The position numbers and the translations under genes are program-made. This document shows, in pieces, positions 51,578 through 61,733 of a stretch of 64,000 nt of DNA. Position 1 is the first letter of the stretch. The number at the start of each line of letters is the position of its first letter. A model generated the notes under the pieces. The model saw only the letters and a program-made list of their open reading frames with translations, had not been told where the DNA came from and searched no databases. Source of the DNA: Candidatus Marinacidobacterales bacterium. GTDB lineage: Bacteria > Acidobacteriota > Vicinamibacteria > Marinacidobacterales > SMYC01. Location: assembly GCA_965224085.1 (NCBI GenBank), contig CBDCYI010000009.1:704001-768000 (forward strand), read 5' to 3'.

Positions 51578-52786
51578 ATGAGACGAATTCTGTTCTGTGT
51601 GGCTTTTCTGCTTGTAGGCAACAGCGCGTGGGCGCAACAGCAAGAGGATGATCGGGCCGTCATCCGGCTGAATCCGAACGACCCCACGCTCGACGCGTGG
51701 AAGGAGCTCCGCGACACGTCGGGCGATCCGAAGCGCGAGCCCGGGCCCATCAATATCCAGCGCATGCCCGGGGGCCTGGGCTGGACCGGTATCCCCACCT
51801 TTTTCATGCTGCCCGTGGCTCTCACACCCGAGGATTTGACCGCCGGCGAGGTGGACGTTGCCATCATGGGCGCGCCCCTCGATACGGGAAGCGGGATGCG
51901 TGGTGCTGCCTTCGGACCAAAAACACTCCGCGGCTCGGATAAATATCTCGGCTGGGGGAGTTGGTCGGACCCGCATCTGCACGTCATGGTGGACTGGATC
52001 CAGGACCTCACGGTTGTCGATTACGGCGATGCGCCCATCGACAATTTGAGCGCGGAACGGACGATGGCGCCCGTGCGCGCGATGGTCAAAGAGATCGCGG
52101 AGACGGGCGCGATTCCGATGATCGTGGGGGGGGACCATTCGCTCGAATATCCCGACGTGGCTGCGATTGCCGACGTCTACGGCAAAGAGAATGTTGGCGT
52201 CATCCACTTCGACGCGCATTATGACGCGGGCGAGAATTTCGGCGGGCATTTGATCTCGCATGGCCAGCCCATCCGACGCCTCATCGAGGAAGGCCACGTG
52301 CTCGGTAAGAACTACGTTCAAGTCGGCCTTCGAGGCTACTGGCCGGGGGAGGACGGCTTTCGCTTCATGCGCGAGCACGGCTTCCGCTATCACACGATGG
52401 CCGAGATCGAGCGCGACGGCTGGGAGCCGGTCATGGAACGTGCGCTTCAGGAAGTCTCGGAAGGACCGGAATATCTGTACATCTCGCTCGACATCGACGT
52501 GCTCGATCCGGCCTATGCGGCAGGCACCGGTACGCCCGAGCCCGGCGGTCTGACGACGCGGGAGCTCTTCCCCCTCGTCCGGCGGCTTTGTGCCGAGAAC
52601 AATCTCGTCGGCTTCGAGCTCGTCGAGTTCAACCCGCTCGCCGACCCGGGCTACACCACGAGTCTCAATGCCAACCGGGCCCTGCGTGAGTGCTTGACGG
52701 GGATTGCCCTTCGAAAGAAAGGCATCGACGAGAAGCACTATCTGAGCCCGTTGACGGTGGAGCACGGGCGCGAGCCCGGGAGCTGA
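51578..52786 (+). CDS. Ureohydrolase (agmatinase/guanidinobutyrase family) with signal peptide
   Basis: GIPTFF, GAAFGP, GGDHS, HFDAHYD, SHG, SLDIDVLDPAYAAGTGTPEPGG; leader MRRILFCVAFLLVGNSAWA. Confidence 0.92.
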   Translation: MRRILFCVAFLLVGNSAWAQQQEDDRAVIRLNPNDPTLDAWKELRDTSGDPKREPGPINIQRMPGGLGWTGIPTFFMLPVALTPEDLTAGEVDVAIMGAPLDTGSGMRGAAFGPKTLRGSDKYLGWGSWSDPHLHVMVDWIQDLTVVDYGDAPIDNLSAERTMAPVRAMVKEIAETGAIPMIVGGDHSLEYPDVAAIADVYGKENVGVIHFDAHYDAGENFGGHLISHGQPIRRLIEEGHVLGKNYVQVGLRGYWPGEDGFRFMREHGFRYHTMAEIERDGWEPVMERALQEVSEGPEYLYISLDIDVLDPAYAAGTGTPEPGGLTTRELFPLVRRLCAENNLVGFELVEFNPLADPGYTTSLNANRALRECLTGIALRKKGIDEKHYLSPLTVEHGREPGS

Positions 52787-52794
52787 CCTACTTA

Positions 52795-53023
52795 GGTCCA
52801 GCTGAGGACGAACAACCCGCGGAAGATCGAGCAGCTGACGCAGTTCGGCATTCGCGTGAAGCCGTCTTCCGCACATCATCCCGCCGAGCGTCCACAACCG
52901 TTTCTACCTGGAAACGAAGCGTGACCGTTCGGGCCATTACATCGATTTCGCCGGCAAGCCCCACCTCATGGAACAGAGCGATCCGGTCGTGGTCGATGGG
53001 ATTCCCGAACCCTAAGCCTAAGT
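52795..53023 (+). pseudogene. ribA: C-terminal stub of GTP cyclohydrolase II
   Basis: VQLRTNNPRKIEQLTQFGIRV / LPHIIPPSVHNRFYLETKRDRSGH; frameshift, 5' part missing. Confidence 0.75.
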
Positions 53024-53034
53024 GTGACGGGCTG

Positions 53035-54699
53035 CTATTGCAGCCCCTGGATCTTCCCGTCCCGGAAATCGATATCTTCGGCGCGTGGCTTTCGAGGAAG
53101 GCCGGGCATGCGCAGGATGTTTCCGGTCAGCACGACGAGAAATCCGGCGCCCGCGTTGATTTGGATTCCGCGCACCGTGGCCTCGAAATCCGGCCGTCCC
53201 AGAAGCTTCGGATCGTCCGAGAGCGAGTTCTGCGTCTTGGCGATACAGATAGGAAGCTCCGAAAAGCCGAGTTTCTCGGCCTCCGCGATGCTCCGCTCCG
53301 CCACCTTGGTGAAGACGACGTCGCTGGCGCCATAGGCGCTCCGTGCCACCTTCCGGATCTTCACGTGAATGGGATCCGATAGCTCATATAAGGGCTTGAA
53401 GGGTTCGCTGGCGCTTGACGTCGTCTCCATGACGGCCTTGGCGAGCTCGACGGCGCCGTCGCCGCCGCGCGCGTGATGGTCGGAGACCGCAAAAGCGGCC
53501 CCGAGCTCTTCGCAGCGCCGCCGCACGACCTCGATTTCTTCATCCGTGTCGGTGCCGAATTTGTTGAGCACCACGACGGCGGGCTTTTTGAACGTGTGCG
53601 CGGTCTCGAGATGCTTTTCGAGGTTGGGAAGGCCTTTCGCCACGGCATCCGCGTCGGGCTCAGTGAGCTCGGTCTTGTCGCGTCCTCCATGCATCTTGAG
53701 CGCGCGTACCGTGGCCACGAGAACAACGGCGGCCGCATCGAGGCCGGCCGAGCGGCACTTGATGTCGAAGAATTTCTCTGTGCCGAGGTCGAAGCCGAAG
53801 CCTGCCTCCGTCACCGCCCAATCCGCGACGTGGAGCGCCGTGCGCGTCGCAATGACGCTATTGCATCCATGTGCAATGTTCGCGAACGGCCCGCCGTGGA
53901 TGAGCGCCGGGACCCCTTCGAGTGTCTGCACGAGGTTCGGGCTCAAGGCATCGCTCATGAGCGCCATCATGGCGCCCGAGACCCCCAAATTCTCCGCGAC
54001 TACCGGCTCCTTGTCGCGAGTGAAGCCGACGACGATCCGGTCGAGACGCTTCCGCAGATCATCGGGGTCCTTCGCTAAACAAAGGATGGCCATGACTTCG
54101 GACGCAGCCGTGATGTCGAAGCCTGTTTCGCGCGGCATGCTGTGGAGCGGTCCGCCGAGGCCGGCGACGACATTTCGGAGCGAGCGGTCGTTCATGTCGA
54201 TGACGCGCTTCCATACGACGCGCCGCGGATCGATGCCGAGCTCGTTCCCGAAATGAAGATGGTTGTCGAGCGCGGCGGACAGCAGATTGTGCGCCGTGGT
54301 GACGGCGTGAAAGTCTCCGGTGAAGTGCAAGTTGATGCGCTCCATCGGGAACACCTGGCTGTAGCCGCCGCCCGTCGCGCCGCCCTTGATGCCCATGCAC
54401 GGACCTAGAGATGGCTCGCGAAGAGCGAGACAGACGGACTCACCGAGCTTCGCAAGACCTTGAGCGAGCCCGATGCTCGTCGTCGTCTTGCCTTCGCCCG
54501 CCGGCGTGGGCGTGATCGCGGAGACGAGGATGAGCTTCGACTCGCCGTTCTTCGCGGGGCGGTCGAGCACCGAAGAGTCGACTTTCGCAATGTGCTGTCC
54601 GTAGGGCTGCCACTCGGAAGCGTCGAGCCCTAGCCCTTCGGCGATCTCGGAGATGGGCCTCGGAGAGATGGAACGTGAGATTTCGATATCTGTTTTCAT
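53035..54699 (-). CDS. fhs: Formate--tetrahydrofolate ligase
   Basis: ITPTPAGEGKTT, LREPSLGP..GIKGGATGGG, INLHFTGD, HGGPFANIAHGCNS, TEAGFG, CIAKTQ, MPGLP. Confidence 0.97.
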   Translation of the reverse strand: MKTDIEISRSISPRPISEIAEGLGLDASEWQPYGQHIAKVDSSVLDRPAKNGESKLILVSAITPTPAGEGKTTTSIGLAQGLAKLGESVCLALREPSLGPCMGIKGGATGGGYSQVFPMERINLHFTGDFHAVTTAHNLLSAALDNHLHFGNELGIDPRRVVWKRVIDMNDRSLRNVVAGLGGPLHSMPRETGFDITAASEVMAILCLAKDPDDLRKRLDRIVVGFTRDKEPVVAENLGVSGAMMALMSDALSPNLVQTLEGVPALIHGGPFANIAHGCNSVIATRTALHVADWAVTEAGFGFDLGTEKFFDIKCRSAGLDAAAVVLVATVRALKMHGGRDKTELTEPDADAVAKGLPNLEKHLETAHTFKKPAVVVLNKFGTDTDEEIEVVRRRCEELGAAFAVSDHHARGGDGAVELAKAVMETTSSASEPFKPLYELSDPIHVKIRKVARSAYGASDVVFTKVAERSIAEAEKLGFSELPICIAKTQNSLSDDPKLLGRPDFEATVRGIQINAGAGFLVVLTGNILRMPGLPRKPRAEDIDFRDGKIQGLQ

Positions 54700-54711
54700 T
54701 CGACTACACCT

Positions 54712-55596
54712 TCAATCCACGGATTCGGTTGTGTTCATGAGAGCGTGTACGTGATCTCGATAAAACTTCATGATTTCTTGGGTCACGGGCCCGGGCTTGC
54801 CATCGCCGATGGTTGTGTCGTCGACGCGAACGATCGGAACGACCTGGCGCGCCGAAGCGGTGATGAACACTTCTTCGGCACCGAGAAGATCCTCGGGCGT
54901 GCACGTCTTCTCTTCGAGCTCGATGCCGTTTCCTTGCGCGATCAAGATCACGTGCTCGCGCGTTATGCCTTCGAGAAGCCCGGAGGAGAGCGGTGGCGTC
55001 GTGACGGTGCCGCCCCGCACGACGAATAAGTTCGACATGGATCCTTCGCAGACCTCGCCGCGCGCGTTGAGCAGAAGGGCTTCGTAAGCGCCTTTCTCGT
55101 GCGCCTGCCGTAGCGCCATGATGTTGTTCAACAGGTTCGAGGACTTGATTCTCGGACTCAAGTTGCCCGTGGCCGCCCGCATGACGGTCGCGAACGCCGC
55201 TTTAGCGCCCTTCCGGTAGAGGCTTTCCGGATAGTCAGGCAACGGGCGCACGATGATGACCACGGTCGGCTTGCGGGCGGAACCCGTGCGGTAGTCGATG
55301 GCGCCGATGCCGGCGGAGATGACGACCCGGATGGACGACTCGGCGTTGCCGGCCTCCTCGAGCGTTCTGTACACGCGCTGTGTGAGCGTCTTCGTGCTGA
55401 CGTCGATATCGATGCTGAGCGCTTCAGCTGATTCGCGGAGACGTCCGAGGTGGCGTTCTAGAACGAAAGGCACGCCGTCATAGGTGCGGATGGTCTCGTA
55501 GACGCTCGCCCCGAAGAGAAAGCCTTGGTCCAACGGCGACAGGAGGCGATCCTCCTCCGTGCCCATCTGTCCGTCCACGTTGATGCGTATCGACAT
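54712..55596 (-). CDS. Aminotransferase class IV (D-amino acid/branched-chain/PabC-like)
   Basis: DQGFLFGASVYET, HL.RL..SA, PLP lysine IKSSN, EGSMSNLF, LEGITR, EEVFITAS. Confidence 0.92.
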   Translation of the reverse strand: MSIRINVDGQMGTEEDRLLSPLDQGFLFGASVYETIRTYDGVPFVLERHLGRLRESAEALSIDIDVSTKTLTQRVYRTLEEAGNAESSIRVVISAGIGAIDYRTGSARKPTVVIIVRPLPDYPESLYRKGAKAAFATVMRAATGNLSPRIKSSNLLNNIMALRQAHEKGAYEALLLNARGEVCEGSMSNLFVVRGGTVTTPPLSSGLLEGITREHVILIAQGNGIELEEKTCTPEDLLGAEEVFITASARQVVPIVRVDDTTIGDGKPGPVTQEIMKFYRDHVHALMNTTESVD

Positions 55597-55697
55597 GCTT
55601 TCCTGCGCGCAGGAGCGTTGTTGTTACCGTAGCTTGCCGGCCCATGAGCCACAAACCTGCTATTATCCCTCGGCGCCGGGGCGTGAGGAAAGCGGAA

Positions 55698-55900
55698 TCT
55701 AATCGCTGCGAAGGGCGGCGGTGGGCTCGAGCCGGGCGGCGCGCCGGACGGACAGAGCGCAGGCGACAAAGGCGACGGCCGTCAAGATCGCGGCGGCGGC
55801 GGTAAAAGTTGCGGTGTCGTTCGGGCTGACGCGAAAGAGCAGCCCTGCCGAGTAGCGGGTCAGCGCTAGCGCGCTGAGGATTCCGGTGGCGAGTCCAAAA
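55698..55900 (-). pseudogene. C-terminal stub of an ABC (FtsX/MacB-type) permease
   Basis: ALALTR..AGLLF.VSP.D.ATF.AAA.IL.AVA..AC....RRAARLEP..ALRSD. Confidence 0.7.
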
Positions 55901-55924
55901 GGGCCGGCCGCATCCCTTCCCCGA

Positions 55925-56123
55925 TAAGCAGGCGATCATTGGCTACGTCGCGGCAGGGGGCTTCGGGCCTGTTGTCGAAAAGTCGATAGCACTCGCCTAT
56001 CTCCCGAAAGATTTCTTGGAGCCTGGCACGAAGCTGTCGGTCGAGCTATTGGGACAAAAGCATGAGGCGACGGTCGTCGAGCAACCGCTGTACGACCCCG
56101 ACAACGTGAAGCTTCTAAGCTGA
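55925..56123 (+). pseudogene. C-terminal stub of a GcvT-family (dimethylglycine/sarcosine dehydrogenase-type) protein
   Basis: IGYVAAGGFGPVVEKSIALAYLP.....GTKLSVELLG....ATV...PLYDPDN.KL. Confidence 0.7.
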
Positions 56124-56131
56124 AGGTGAAG

Positions 56132-57970
56132 TTATAGAGCCAGCTGCTCATGCACCGCGCGGTGCGCTTCCCGGAAAGCACCTTGCGTCCAAGGCGAGCC
56201 CGACGCGTCCGCGCCTGCGAAAGAGATACGTCCGATGCGCTTCTGGCCACGGAGGCGGTGAGGTGAGTCGACGTCTGGATGGGGAAACACGATGTAGCCG
56301 TGGCCCCAGCGGTTCACCGTGATGGCTTTGATGTCCTCGGCAGGATTGAAACCCCATGGGCCGAGCACGTGCTCGAGCTCGGTGCGGATCTCGCGTTCGA
56401 GCTCTTCGAACGACTTCGTTTCGAGCTCGTAGCGATTGAGCTTCAGCTGCTCCTCGATGGGCAGCCCAGGCTTTCGAAGGTACTTGAACATCGATAGCAC
56501 CGTGGGCTTGTCCGGGCGGTGCTCGGGTTGGTAGGCGCCGACGTGGAGCGGGTCGAGAACGTGCATCCACGTCTGGTAGCGGCCCGGCGTGTACATCTCG
56601 AACGCGCCAGCGTCCGCGATAGGTTTCCACTGATTGAGCAGCACATTGATGTAGAGAGCGGAGCAGTGGCCGTAGCCATCGAGCGCTTTTCTCTGATCCT
56701 CGGAGAGCTCGGGGACAATGTGCTTGGCGACGGTGCCCCACGCTCCCACGACGACATTCTTTGCGGTCACGGAGCATACTTCGCCCTTGGGGGTCGCGTA
56801 GTAAACGGCAACGCGGCTGCCTCCGTCGATATGCTCGATGCGCACGACGGTCGAGCGTAGACGCAAACGCACGTCAGAATCGGCGGTGTCCATACGGTTG
56901 TAGCGGATCTCACCGTTGAAGACGCCTTCCATCGAGTCTTCTCCCGAGATGGCATCCGGGAGGATTTTCTTTACGAGCTGACGCGCCACGCTTCGATTAC
57001 CGTCGGGAAACCGGTAGAGGGGCTCGTAGCTGTAGCGCAACATGCCATCATCGTCATAGGAGCCTTCGCCCCCGACACCAAAGAAACCGGGGCCGTCCGC
57101 GTAGCCATAGGTCGCCGGAAGCGCGTCGCACCCAAGCCCGCCGAGATCGGTGGCGTAGATGTCCGAGAAATGAACGGCCGTATCTCCGAGGCCCATCTTG
57201 TCCCGGATGTAGCTCTCCCAGGTCATCGAGGCCAAGGCTCTTTCCGGCTCATCTTCGTCGGCGAGGTAGTTCTTGCGCGTCGTGTAGAGCGTCAAGAGCT
57301 CCGCTCGGTTGGACTCGGAAAGCGGCGTTTTAGCTAGAAACTCCTCCCACGCAATCGTGTGAAAGCCCTGCGTTAATTGCTTTTTTCCGACTTCCGAGAA
57401 CACGTCGGGATCGAAGAAACAAGTAGACGCGAGCCCGAAGCGCTCACGATAGTCGGGATCTCGAAATCCGTAGACCCGTTCGGTGTCGATGCCTAGATCG
57501 GTCAGAATCTCCCTGGCCTCGGGCGGCGACTCCTCCGGAGCCTCGAGATCATAAGTGCCGCCATTGACGATGAGCGTCGTGTCGTTCCACTTGAACGTGT
57601 TGCGCCGCGCGTGGCCGCCGAAATCCTCGTTGTTCTCGAGAAGCAGAATGCGGGCTTTGCCGCATCGCTCTTTCTTATAGACGTGTGCGGCGGCGAGTCC
57701 GCCGAGCCCGGCGCCGACGACGATGAGGTCATAGGATTCACCCGTGTCGACCACATGGCTCGGCAGCTGGCGGTAGACGCCGTCGCGCACGCGGTGGCCA
57801 CGGGCAGTCGATGCCCCGTCCTGACCTTGAAACCCCGACGGTGGAACGGAAGGAGACTGGGCGCGAGCCCAGCTCGGAGCGACAAGTGCTATAGCCGTCC
57901 CTTGGAGAAAATCCCGGCGGCTAATGTTTCGGAACATGCCGAGGCGAACATCGCTACGATTTCTCTTCAC
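56132..57970 (-). CDS. Tat-exported FAD-dependent oxidoreductase, spermidine dehydrogenase (SpdH)-like
   Basis: Tat motif SRRDFLQG, YDLIVVGAGLGGL, ENNEDFGGHARRN, FPDGN.SVAR.LV, DI.AITVNRWGHGY, AHRAV. Confidence 0.85.
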   Translation of the reverse strand: MKRNRSDVRLGMFRNISRRDFLQGTAIALVAPSWARAQSPSVPPSGFQGQDGASTARGHRVRDGVYRQLPSHVVDTGESYDLIVVGAGLGGLAAAHVYKKERCGKARILLLENNEDFGGHARRNTFKWNDTTLIVNGGTYDLEAPEESPPEAREILTDLGIDTERVYGFRDPDYRERFGLASTCFFDPDVFSEVGKKQLTQGFHTIAWEEFLAKTPLSESNRAELLTLYTTRKNYLADEDEPERALASMTWESYIRDKMGLGDTAVHFSDIYATDLGGLGCDALPATYGYADGPGFFGVGGEGSYDDDGMLRYSYEPLYRFPDGNRSVARQLVKKILPDAISGEDSMEGVFNGEIRYNRMDTADSDVRLRLRSTVVRIEHIDGGSRVAVYYATPKGEVCSVTAKNVVVGAWGTVAKHIVPELSEDQRKALDGYGHCSALYINVLLNQWKPIADAGAFEMYTPGRYQTWMHVLDPLHVGAYQPEHRPDKPTVLSMFKYLRKPGLPIEEQLKLNRYELETKSFEELEREIRTELEHVLGPWGFNPAEDIKAITVNRWGHGYIVFPHPDVDSPHRLRGQKRIGRISFAGADASGSPWTQGAFREAHRAVHEQLAL

Positions 57971-58107
57971 CGAATCCCCCGTTGCGCGCGGATGGCTATG
58001 TTATCGCGAGAATCGATCACCACGCATCCCCGACGCTAAACAGAGCCTGGGATTGCAGCCAATAGAGCGCCCATGACATCCTGCACCGGTCTGAGGAGGA
58101 TTTGCGC

Positions 58108-59241
58108 ATGAAGCACCAAAGCCGGCACCCTTTTTCTTCGCGGCGGCTGACCTTAGTCGGCTGTTCGGTAGCCCTTTTCGTAAGCTCGGGCTGTAGTCCG
58201 CGTCCGGAAAATGACGATCGCGAGGCCGTCCTCTCGATGGATCCGGTGGACCTTCCCGAAGCCGACCCGGGGCTCCCGCTCGGACCGTACCGTCGAAACG
58301 ACGCGCTAGCGAAAGACGTCTCCGTGGAGCGCGCGGCCCGGTTTCTGGATACGGTGGCGACGAATTGGGGCGAGAAGCGCGGCTGCGTGACGTGCCACAC
58401 GAACGGCTACTACTTGACGGCTCCTCACGACGTGTTTGGTGCCCGGCCCGCCTTCCAGAAAGTGCGGGCGTTCGCACAGGGGTTCGTCGAGTCGTGGGAT
58501 CCGGAGCAACTACCTGATACCCAGGTGTTCGTGGCCACCGCCGCTTTCCTTGCCATTAACGATGCCGAGGCGGGGCGTGAGCTGGGGGCGGCGACGCTGA
58601 AGGCGCTCGATCACGCCTGGGACCAACAGAGCGAGCAAGGGCATTGGGCCAAATGGATCAAGTGCAACTGGCCTCCTTTCGAAAGCGACGACCATTTCGG
58701 CGTGACCTTGATGGCCATTGCCGTCGGCATGGCCGAAGACAACTATCAGCAAACGGATCGCGCCCAAGCCGGCATGGCTAGAATTCGAAGCTACCTGGCG
58801 AGCCATCCGCCGACTCACCTTCATCACAAGGCGATGTTGTTGTGGGCTGCGAAGTACAACGACGGCTTGGTGGAAGATGGCGATCAAACGCGATGGATCG
58901 AGGAGCTCTTCGATCGGCAGCGGCTGGACGGAGGTTTTGCCTCGGGTGAGCTCGGAACCTGGCGTCAGCGCGACGGGGAGCCCTCCAATCCCCCGGTGAA
59001 CGTGGAAAGCGACGGATACGGCACGGGCTTCGTGGTCTTTGTGCTGAGCGAGGCTGGAGTTCCTGCCTCCGATCCGCGGGTTCAAAAGGCCGTCGCCTGG
59101 CTCCTCTCCCATCAGCGAGCCAATGGCCACTGGTGGACCCAATCTCTCCGAAACGAGCCGGACACGTCGAACTACTTGACCCACGCTGGAACGACCTTTG
59201 CCCTGAAAGCGTTGGCCGCCACTGGGCTGCCCGAATCCTAA
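58108..59241 (+). CDS. Squalene-hopene cyclase-like/prenyltransferase (alpha/alpha barrel) lipoprotein
   Basis: Lipobox-like VSSGC, CVTCH, QW-type repeats QQSEQGHW, RQRLDGGF, HQRANGHW; SDGYGTG. Confidence 0.75.
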   Translation: MKHQSRHPFSSRRLTLVGCSVALFVSSGCSPRPENDDREAVLSMDPVDLPEADPGLPLGPYRRNDALAKDVSVERAARFLDTVATNWGEKRGCVTCHTNGYYLTAPHDVFGARPAFQKVRAFAQGFVESWDPEQLPDTQVFVATAAFLAINDAEAGRELGAATLKALDHAWDQQSEQGHWAKWIKCNWPPFESDDHFGVTLMAIAVGMAEDNYQQTDRAQAGMARIRSYLASHPPTHLHHKAMLLWAAKYNDGLVEDGDQTRWIEELFDRQRLDGGFASGELGTWRQRDGEPSNPPVNVESDGYGTGFVVFVLSEAGVPASDPRVQKAVAWLLSHQRANGHWWTQSLRNEPDTSNYLTHAGTTFALKALAATGLPES

Positions 59242-59272
59242 TCCCAGTCATCGTTCCATAAGCGCGCCCTCC

Positions 59273-61723
59273 ATGCGGGATACGGCCTTGGCAGTGCTCG
59301 CGGCAGTCGCCGCCTCCTGCGCTCCGCCGCCCGCGGAGATCGTTCCTCCCGCCGGTGGCCGGCACGTTCAGTTAATTCATCTCGACGGCTACCGGCCGGA
59401 TCTCGTGCAGGCGCTTCTCGTTGCCGGGCGGCTTCCCCGTTTGGCCGACCTCGTCGCGCGGGGTCGGATCTCTTATGACGCGACGACCGTCGACAAGTCC
59501 GAGACGATGAAGGTGATCCAGTCCTACTTGACCTCGCAGCTCGACACGACGGTGGTGGGGTGGTGGCAGTTCGAACGAGACCGGTTTCGGTTTTCGAACT
59601 ACTGGCTCGACCCCGCGGAAGTTCTCGGTTACGCGCTCGGCTTCGAGTTCCCGCGAAGCCCGACGATTCAGGACTTTCTCGCGGCGCGGGGCGAAAACCT
59701 CGTCGCCGGGATGAGCCTCGCGCGTCGCGGCGTGCCGTTCGAAAACTATGGCCGCGCTTATGTCGAAGGCGCTTCGGCGGTCGTGAACCATACGTATCAC
59801 GATCAGGCGCGCGCGACGATGGATAGTTTTCTCGACATCCACCGACGGATAGCGGAAAACGGCGAGCGCCCCCCTGCGTTGTCCACGCTGCTGCTCGCGG
59901 CGGCGGATGAATTCTCCCATCTGGAAGGCGTGAGCGTCGCCGAGCTCGATCCCGAGCACTGCTTTGTCCGAGAGAGCGATATCGATGACACCGTGTTCGC
60001 TTTGCTCGACGAGGACGACAGCCTCGACGATCGCTACTTCGTGCGTGTGCGCCGCGCGGCCATCACGAGGCGCGTTGCGGAAATCTGCATCGAGCTTCCT
60101 GAGATCGAAGACCGCCACGCCGAGCCGCACTACGTTTTGTCGATGCTCGTGATCGATATCGAGTTCGGCCGCCTCATCGATTATTTCGAGAACATTCGCT
60201 TTGCCGATGGCGAGTCGCTCTTCTCGCGGACGCTCTTCATCGTTTTCGGCGATCACGGTATGGTCGACACGGCAAATCGGATGACCGACGAAGTCAGCGA
60301 AAGCTTCATTGCCTACTTGAACGGGCGCCTCGACCTCGAAACAGGCGAGGACCAAACGTCGCTCGCCGACGATGCGGAGCTTGGCATCGACTACGTGAGC
60401 CTTCCGCCACGGCTGATGCGTCCCGACATCTATGAGGATTGGCAGAGCGAGGACATGCGCGCGCTGACGGCCGAAGCCGATCGGTGGTCTAGGGAGTTTC
60501 TCGGAGAAATCGAGGCCGTCATCCGAAGCGATTTACACGAGAGCTATTGGTGGCTCTTTTTCCTGCGCTCGCTTCTCATCGATCCCAAGCTCGACGAAGC
60601 GCTCGAGCCCATCGCCGATGAGGCGCTCGCGACGCTCAGGAGCTTGTATCTGCGCGGACGTCCCGACTATCTTGAGGGCGAGCAAGAGGCGAACCGCGCG
60701 CTTTTCGACCGCCATGTGCGCCTCGTCTATGGCGGCGGGGCGCGGAACAATGCCGAGCTCTTCATTCCGGTCTGCGAAAGTCCCGGCGTGTGCTCTTGGG
60801 AGCGCCGGCCGAGCTATGACGAGATCCTTGGCTACCGCGAAGGCGCTTTCTTACAGGCGCTCGTCGAGAGCCCGGGCGTTGGGCTCATCTTTATTAGAAG
60901 GAACAACCAAGCCTTTGCCGACGGGTCACCGCTTCCCCCAAAACTCGAGATCGAAGTGCGCGATCGCGAGGGGAATCGCGGCGTGCTGCTTGTTGCTCGC
61001 GACGGCTCGTCGAGCGAGCTCATCTACCACTACCGCACCGACCCCGCCTCGGCGAACGATCCTCTCGGCTATGAGGCATGGGGCGCCGGCGAGGGTACCT
61101 TCGGCACCTATAACGAGTGGAACGATCGCACGATCGATGCTACTTACGTGAACGTCGTGGGCGGCATGGGAGCCTACCTCTATTCGAGCAACCCCGCGAT
61201 TGGGGACGTGGTTGTGCTTCACGCTACCGATTGGAACTTCGGCGAGAATCTCGGCGGGCATGGCGGGGTGCACCGCGGCGAGAAGAAGACGTTCATGCTC
61301 GTCTCCGGGCCGGGGCTCGGCGCGGGTGAGCTGCGCGCGAAAGCGCGCCACCGTTCGACCGCGAACGGCGGGCTGGAGCCTGCGGTCTCTGAGACGCACG
61401 TGCCGACGCTCCTCGACATCGTGCCCACGGCATTGGCGTGGCTCGGCTACGCGCCGTCTGAGCTCGACCGGTTCGCCGAGAGCGGATTCGAAGAACATCT
61501 CGACACTTGGATTCGGGCACAGCGAGGCGATATCCTCAGACACCTCGACGGGATGAGCTCTCTAGAAAAAGCGAGAGAAGAGGTCGGCGTGCCCGAGTTA
61601 ACCCTCGAGCCGTTGCGGCCGCGGCTTGCGCGTCTTCTCGAGTTCATCGAATCCAACCGCGAGGACACACTCCGTCGTTTGTCCCTGCGCTCGCATTTAG
61701 GCAACGAGTTGATTCTGGAATGA
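59273..61723 (+). CDS. Alkaline phosphatase superfamily (NPP/phosphodiesterase-like) lipoprotein
   Basis: Lipobox AASC, IHLDG, putative Thr nucleophile KSETMK, DEFSH, FGDHG, GGHGG, DIVPT. Confidence 0.75.
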   Translation: MRDTALAVLAAVAASCAPPPAEIVPPAGGRHVQLIHLDGYRPDLVQALLVAGRLPRLADLVARGRISYDATTVDKSETMKVIQSYLTSQLDTTVVGWWQFERDRFRFSNYWLDPAEVLGYALGFEFPRSPTIQDFLAARGENLVAGMSLARRGVPFENYGRAYVEGASAVVNHTYHDQARATMDSFLDIHRRIAENGERPPALSTLLLAAADEFSHLEGVSVAELDPEHCFVRESDIDDTVFALLDEDDSLDDRYFVRVRRAAITRRVAEICIELPEIEDRHAEPHYVLSMLVIDIEFGRLIDYFENIRFADGESLFSRTLFIVFGDHGMVDTANRMTDEVSESFIAYLNGRLDLETGEDQTSLADDAELGIDYVSLPPRLMRPDIYEDWQSEDMRALTAEADRWSREFLGEIEAVIRSDLHESYWWLFFLRSLLIDPKLDEALEPIADEALATLRSLYLRGRPDYLEGEQEANRALFDRHVRLVYGGGARNNAELFIPVCESPGVCSWERRPSYDEILGYREGAFLQALVESPGVGLIFIRRNNQAFADGSPLPPKLEIEVRDREGNRGVLLVARDGSSSELIYHYRTDPASANDPLGYEAWGAGEGTFGTYNEWNDRTIDATYVNVVGGMGAYLYSSNPAIGDVVVLHATDWNFGENLGGHGGVHRGEKKTFMLVSGPGLGAGELRAKARHRSTANGGLEPAVSETHVPTLLDIVPTALAWLGYAPSELDRFAESGFEEHLDTWIRAQRGDILRHLDGMSSLEKAREEVGVPELTLEPLRPRLARLLEFIESNREDTLRRLSLRSHLGNELILE

Positions 61724-61733
61724 GGAGTCCACG

